Source of the DNA: Syntrophales bacterium
Lineage (GTDB): Bacteria; Desulfobacterota; Syntrophia; Syntrophales; UBA6807
Length of the DNA: 64,000 nucleotides
Direction of reading: 5' to 3'
Assembly (NCBI GenBank): GCA_040767195.1
Contig: JAXGPA010000001.1
Span: 544,001-608,000, forward strand
The notes under the pieces: model-generated
What the model was told of the DNA's origin: nothing
Database searches by the model: none
The model's input: only the letters and a program-made list of their open reading frames with translations
In this document: positions 60,019-64,000 of the stretch, one piece after another
Layout: each line of letters begins with the position of its first letter
How positions within the stretch are numbered: the stretch's first letter is position 1
Position numbers and translations under genes: made by a program

Positions 60019-60554
60019 ACGCCCTGGGCCTCCAGAAAGACGGACTTGGACAGCCGTTCAAAAAAATCTTCGTATATCTTGACATCGCTGATCATTTCCC
60101 TTCGGCAAACCTGGCCCATGGTATTGAACACAATCCGCTGAAAGGTCACGCGAACGATGTGATGACCGGGGTCCGCGGGCCGGGTCACCACGCTGGCCCG
60201 CATGATCTGGTCCTTGTCCACCGACATGATAATGCCGGTCATCACGGCGAAAAGAACGGCGCCGACAACCTGCGCGGCCTTGACGGCGCTTCGGGTCTTG
60301 CAGCCCAGAAGGACGCCCAGTTCCGTCTCCGATTCCTCGATGGTGAACCCCAGGTCCTGGAGCAGGGCCGCGCTGGCCGAGAGGATTCTTTTTTCGTCGG
60401 CCGTGTCGAACCGCCGTGTCTGCAGTTGCCGGTGCTTCAGTGACTCCGGTGTCAGCATGAGAGCTTCCCGGGGAATCTTGGGCTGGCAGGCCGAAAGCAG
60501 AAGGATGGAAAGAATCGCCGACAGGATCCTGAGTCGATTTCCATGACGTTTCAC
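60015..60554 (-). CDS. Hypothetical lipoprotein (paralog B)
   Basis: GAGG RBS and GTG start; lipobox LSAC; LQDLGF motif. Confidence 0.75.
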   Translation of the reverse strand: MKRHGNRLRILSAILSILLLSACQPKIPREALMLTPESLKHRQLQTRRFDTADEKRILSASAALLQDLGFTIEESETELGVLLGCKTRSAVKAAQVVGAVLFAVMTGIIMSVDKDQIMRASVVTRPADPGHHIVRVTFQRIVFNTMGQVCRREMISDVKIYEDFFERLSKSVFLEAQGV

Positions 60555-60564
60555 GGCCGTAACC

Positions 60565-61026
60565 TCAGAAGCGGGAAGCGTGATAGGCAAAATCCCGCAC
60601 CTTTTTCCCCTCGTCGAACTTGATGATCACCGTCAGGGTCCGCTGGCTTGTGGATTCAGCCCCGGCCTCCTTGGAATACCCCGGCGCCGCGCCGCCTCCC
60701 AAGGCGCCCGACCCGCCCGTCAAAAGGCCCAGGATGAGCGCCGAAACACCGCCCCGGCTGGCCGAATAGGCCCGATCGGTAGCGATCCTGTCATAGATCC
60801 AGACCTCGCGGCCCATTTCGTCCGTCGACACGATATTCGGCGATCCCAGGACCTGGGCCACCTCGGTGCCCGACATCCCCACCCGGATTTCCTTCTGAAC
60901 CGTCCCTACGGTCAGCCGGTCACCGGGAAGGGCTTTTCCCACGTCACCGGCGTGGTCGACGGCACTGACGCAGCCACTAAGAAAAAAAAGGAGGAAAAAT
61001 AGAACGGCAAATTCAGTATTTTTCAT
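60565..61026 (-). CDS. SmpA/OmlA(BamE)-like lipoprotein
   Basis: GGAGG RBS; lipobox LSGC; IRVGMS..EV..VLGSP, WIY, L.VIIKFD. Confidence 0.7.
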   Translation of the reverse strand: MKNTEFAVLFFLLFFLSGCVSAVDHAGDVGKALPGDRLTVGTVQKEIRVGMSGTEVAQVLGSPNIVSTDEMGREVWIYDRIATDRAYSASRGGVSALILGLLTGGSGALGGGAAPGYSKEAGAESTSQRTLTVIIKFDEGKKVRDFAYHASRF

Positions 61027-61102
61027 ATGACCTCCCTGGAAATAATGGTTTCTTTTGCGAGTCACGCCTGCCTCACGGGAAGGCCCCATTCAGCAGCATC
61101 CT

Positions 61103-61432
61103 TTAGTGACAGCGATCACCCTCCAAGCGATAACCTACGATAATCCCATCTCGATTTACCTCGAAATGGACAAAGCATCCTTTCCAATTCGGTAAAACAT
61201 ATACCCAATTCCCATTTTCCATCCCGTATGTTTTCTCCTCCCAATTGATTTTATGTTTATAGGTTCGAGGATCGGATGTGTCTCTGGTAACAATTTCTCT
61301 CAATTCATCGATATGCTTTCCAATACAAGATTTCGCCCAATAATTCGTTGGCGGAACAGACACACACCCGACAAAAAGAATACAGAAAATGAGTATCTCA
61401 AAGTTGAGCTTGAACAGGATGTTTTCTTTCAT
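61103..61432 (-). CDS. Hypothetical lipoprotein, candidate immunity protein
   Basis: Lipobox FVGC; AT-rich; downstream of Rhs. Confidence 0.6.
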   Translation of the reverse strand: MKENILFKLNFEILIFCILFVGCVSVPPTNYWAKSCIGKHIDELREIVTRDTSDPRTYKHKINWEEKTYGMENGNWVYVLPNWKGCFVHFEVNRDGIIVGYRLEGDRCH

Positions 61433-61474
61433 GAAGTTGAATTACTTACTTTTGTTTAGTCAGAACATACATCA

Positions 61475-62089
61475 TTACTTTGCTTTCCATCTTTGAATCC
61501 AATCATCTGCTAATTCTCTGGCTTTTTCCCTCTGGTCAGCGGTCATTCGTGATTCCAGTTTTTCTCTCACTTTCTTGGAATCTTTCATAATATATTGACA
61601 CTCCACTATATACTTTGGGCTGTTGGTTACAAAGTTGGTAACAATATTTAGCCACTTTAATCCCTCAATATCATTCGATATTATTGTTAGCCTCTCCGAA
61701 TACATTTCAGCAAGATCATAAATGGCACAACGATGCCCTTTTTCTGCACCCTTTAAAAAGTATTCTTCAGCCAATAAGCAATTTTTTGAAACATTTCCTT
61801 TTCCATGGCGATAAATTGTGCCAACGAACCAATATGACTGAATATCGCCAAGTTGAATGGCTTTCTTGTACCAAAAGAGTGCTTTTTCATGATTTTCAGG
61901 TAAACCAGGTTTATAATTATAGAGATGCGCCAACTTTTGCGCAGCTATTGGGTCACCCTGTTCGGCACCGGCTTCATAAAGATCGGCTGCCTGTAAGTAA
62001 TGACCTGCTCTTCGTGCAGCATCACCAGGTGTAATACTGCAAGCTGAAGTTATTATAATCATGAGCAACATAATCACGAGATGCCGCAT
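61475..62089 (-). CDS. Sel1-repeat lipoprotein, candidate Rhs immunity protein
   Basis: GGAG RBS; lipobox TSAC; GAEQGD..A, A.FWY.KA...G, Y..GKGNV.KN repeats. Confidence 0.8.
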   Translation of the reverse strand: MRHLVIMLLMIIITSACSITPGDAARRAGHYLQAADLYEAGAEQGDPIAAQKLAHLYNYKPGLPENHEKALFWYKKAIQLGDIQSYWFVGTIYRHGKGNVSKNCLLAEEYFLKGAEKGHRCAIYDLAEMYSERLTIISNDIEGLKWLNIVTNFVTNSPKYIVECQYIMKDSKKVREKLESRMTADQREKARELADDWIQRWKAK

Positions 62090-62154
62090 ATTTAATACTC
62101 CATAAATGAAAATAATCTGGAAATTGATATCGATACATCTAATTGATATATTTA

Positions 62155-64000
62155 TCAATATTTCTTCTGAAGAATGTGCATCATGACTAAGCTTTCTATG
62201 TCCGATGCCATTAGAGCGGGATAAGTAATCACTGCAGCCGGAATCATTCCCGGCCAGCAAAATACCTCTCTTAAACCCCACTGTCCCAGCCATATTTGAA
62301 AATTATCATGAACCCCTGCAATTGCATTAATTCCAGGTATCTGATTAGCGGCAAGTGAAACGGGACCGCCTTCATCTAAAAATCTTTCCCCTGGTATCCT
62401 TGTGGCATAGCCGACATTATTATTTTCTTTACATGGTGCAGTATTTAGGTTCTTACATACAGCCTCATCGCCAGATTCCCATGTTGCGCTATAATTCGTT
62501 ATTTTGTAATAGGTATAAGCTGCTGATGCCATCGCGAGAGCGACAAGAACTCCCTTATCCACGCTTCCCCCTGACAATGCAGCTACAGCACCGCCTGCCA
62601 CCGAGTGAAGAGCCACGCGCCCCAACGTCCACAAATCTCCATAATAACCGGCTATGGCACCAAAAGCCGCTCCACTTATGGCCCCCATGCCGGCCCCGCT
62701 CATGATGCCCTGCCAGATATTCCCGGAGGTAAACATGGCGTTTAGTCCCCCGGCAGTCGCTCCTGCCGCAATACCACCGACAGCGCTGGAAACAATCGTT
62801 CCACCGACAGTTTTACCTATTGCCCCGGCGACATAGCCGCTTACATCGGCGAAGACACCGCCTGAGATTCCTCCAATAGTGACTCCAAGCATCGTGGCGC
62901 CAAAATCCCAATTACTCTGAACCGCAGCAAAAATGCCTCCAAGAATAGCCCCTACTATGAATCCCGTTCCAAAAAAATGTCCGCTCGGGTCGATATAAAT
63001 GAGGGGATTGTTCCGGCAGTAAGCATACCGGTTGAGGATCTGGGGGTCATAGGGATCCTGGACAATGGGATCCGGGGAGACGAACCTTCCCAGGGCGGGG
63101 TCGTAGAGCCGGGCGTTGAAGTTGTAGAGCCCCGATTCGGTGTCCATCTCCTGGTCGGTGAACTTGTAGTCGGTGGTCCAGGTGCCCCCGTGCTCCCGGA
63201 TTTCCCCGAAGGGGAGGTATTCCGCCGACTCGACGACCCGGCCCTGGCTGTCCGTCAGGACCGCCGAGCTCCCCAGGTGGTCCTTGTGGTAATAGCTCGT
63301 GACGCCGTTTCTGATCTCGGCGACCCGGATGGTCCCGGCGAAGATATAGGTGACCGCCCGGCCGTTTGTGATGTGACAGGCGTCGTCGACGTAGAGGGTC
63401 TCCGAGACCACCGCCGGGTCGATGGAGGTCCCCCTCGTAAGCTTCAGGGAAAGGACCGTCTTTTTCGTCCTTTTCCCTTCCCCGTCGTAGGTAAACCGGA
63501 CCCTGACGGGGGCGGTCCTGTCCTTGTAGGTGATCTCTTCGGGCCTGCCCTCCGCCGTCCAGGAAAGGGCCCGCCAGCCCGGATTAGACGGGTCGGAAAG
63601 ATCGGGGCCGTAGACGAGGTTGCCGTTTCCGTCGTAGCTCAGGTAGTGGACCTTCCCGTTCACCGAAACGGATCTCAGGGCGTGGGGGCGGCTTTTGTCG
63701 TAGCCGAAGGTGAAGGAAACGCCGCCCGCCCGTTTGGATGTCATGTTCCCGATCCCATCGTAGGACCAGGTGTCCGTCGATACGGCGCTCCCTTTTATCC
63801 TTCTTTCCGAGGTGAGCCGGTGGAGGCCGTCATAGGTATAATCATAGGTGATGCTTTTCAGGCCGTCCGTTATCCGCTTCAGGTCCCCCGCCCTGGTGTA
63901 TCGATAGCTCTTCTCCTGGAGGACCTCCCCCGTCCTGCCCGTCGTCGTGAGGGACAAAAGCCGGGTGGACTTCGGGTCGTACCCGTAGATCGTCGCCGTC
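62155..64000 (-). CDS. Rhs/YD-repeat protein, 3' part with C-terminal toxin domain (5' end outside window)
   Basis: YTYDGLHRL, DHLGS, Y.PFG, ESGLY...ARLYDP.LGRF.SPDP, NPLIYIDPSG; frame stays open to the window end. Confidence 0.93.
   Translation of the reverse strand, partial: TATIYGYDPKSTRLLSLTTTGRTGEVLQEKSYRYTRAGDLKRITDGLKSITYDYTYDGLHRLTSERRIKGSAVSTDTWSYDGIGNMTSKRAGGVSFTFGYDKSRPHALRSVSVNGKVHYLSYDGNGNLVYGPDLSDPSNPGWRALSWTAEGRPEEITYKDRTAPVRVRFTYDGEGKRTKKTVLSLKLTRGTSIDPAVVSETLYVDDACHITNGRAVTYIFAGTIRVAEIRNGVTSYYHKDHLGSSAVLTDSQGRVVESAEYLPFGEIREHGGTWTTDYKFTDQEMDTESGLYNFNARLYDPALGRFVSPDPIVQDPYDPQILNRYAYCRNNPLIYIDPSGHFFGTGFIVGAILGGIFAAVQSNWDFGATMLGVTIGGISGGVFADVSGYVAGAIGKTVGGTIVSSAVGGIAAGATAGGLNAMFTSGNIWQGIMSGAGMGAISGAAFGAIAGYYGDLWTLGRVALHSVAGGAVAALSGGSVDKGVLVALAMASAAYTYYKITNYSATWESGDEAVCKNLNTAPCKENNNVGYATRIPGERFLDEGGPVSLAANQIPGINAIAGVHDNFQIWLGQWGLREVFCWPGMIPAAVITYPALMASDIESLVMMHILQKKY

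Overview
GC-rich bacterial chromosome segment; the gene content (HdrL/Flx, NfnAB, AhbB, signal-peptide-bearing AtpE) suggests an anaerobic Desulfobacterota/Syntrophales-like organism (inference). In order: (1) a >23 kb minus-strand run of nucleotide-sugar dehydrogenase, a type II secretion cluster (gspEFGHIJKLM-C-like-D), an orphan ABC-type binding protein, a HAMP kinase, a sigma54 activator, a TonB-dependent receptor and an AT-rich, partly decayed glycan island; (2) hemL, ahbB, orphan atpE, arfB, RNase Z-like, UpxY/NusG paralog, ribD, a GT-C glycosyltransferase and rmlC; (3) an electron-bifurcation block (hdrL-flxD-flxC-hdrC-hdrB-flxB-flxA, then nfnAB behind its own sigma54 promoter); (4) housekeeping genes (engB, ppsA, spoIID-like, rnpB, RNase HI, tRNA-Ile2, rplU-rpmA-obgE-proB); (5) a Sir2-NRDE-NUDIX operon, a GGDEF protein and a USP; (6) a lipoprotein trio and the 3' end of an Rhs toxin with AT-rich candidate immunity genes. 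The best novel candidate is a 53-aa membrane microprotein at 56833-56994 (-) that the ORF track misses. It has an in-frame UGA, a UxxxxC motif and a SECIS-like hairpin at the canonical distance, so it is a probable selenoprotein. All product calls come from motif recognition only; no database searches were run.
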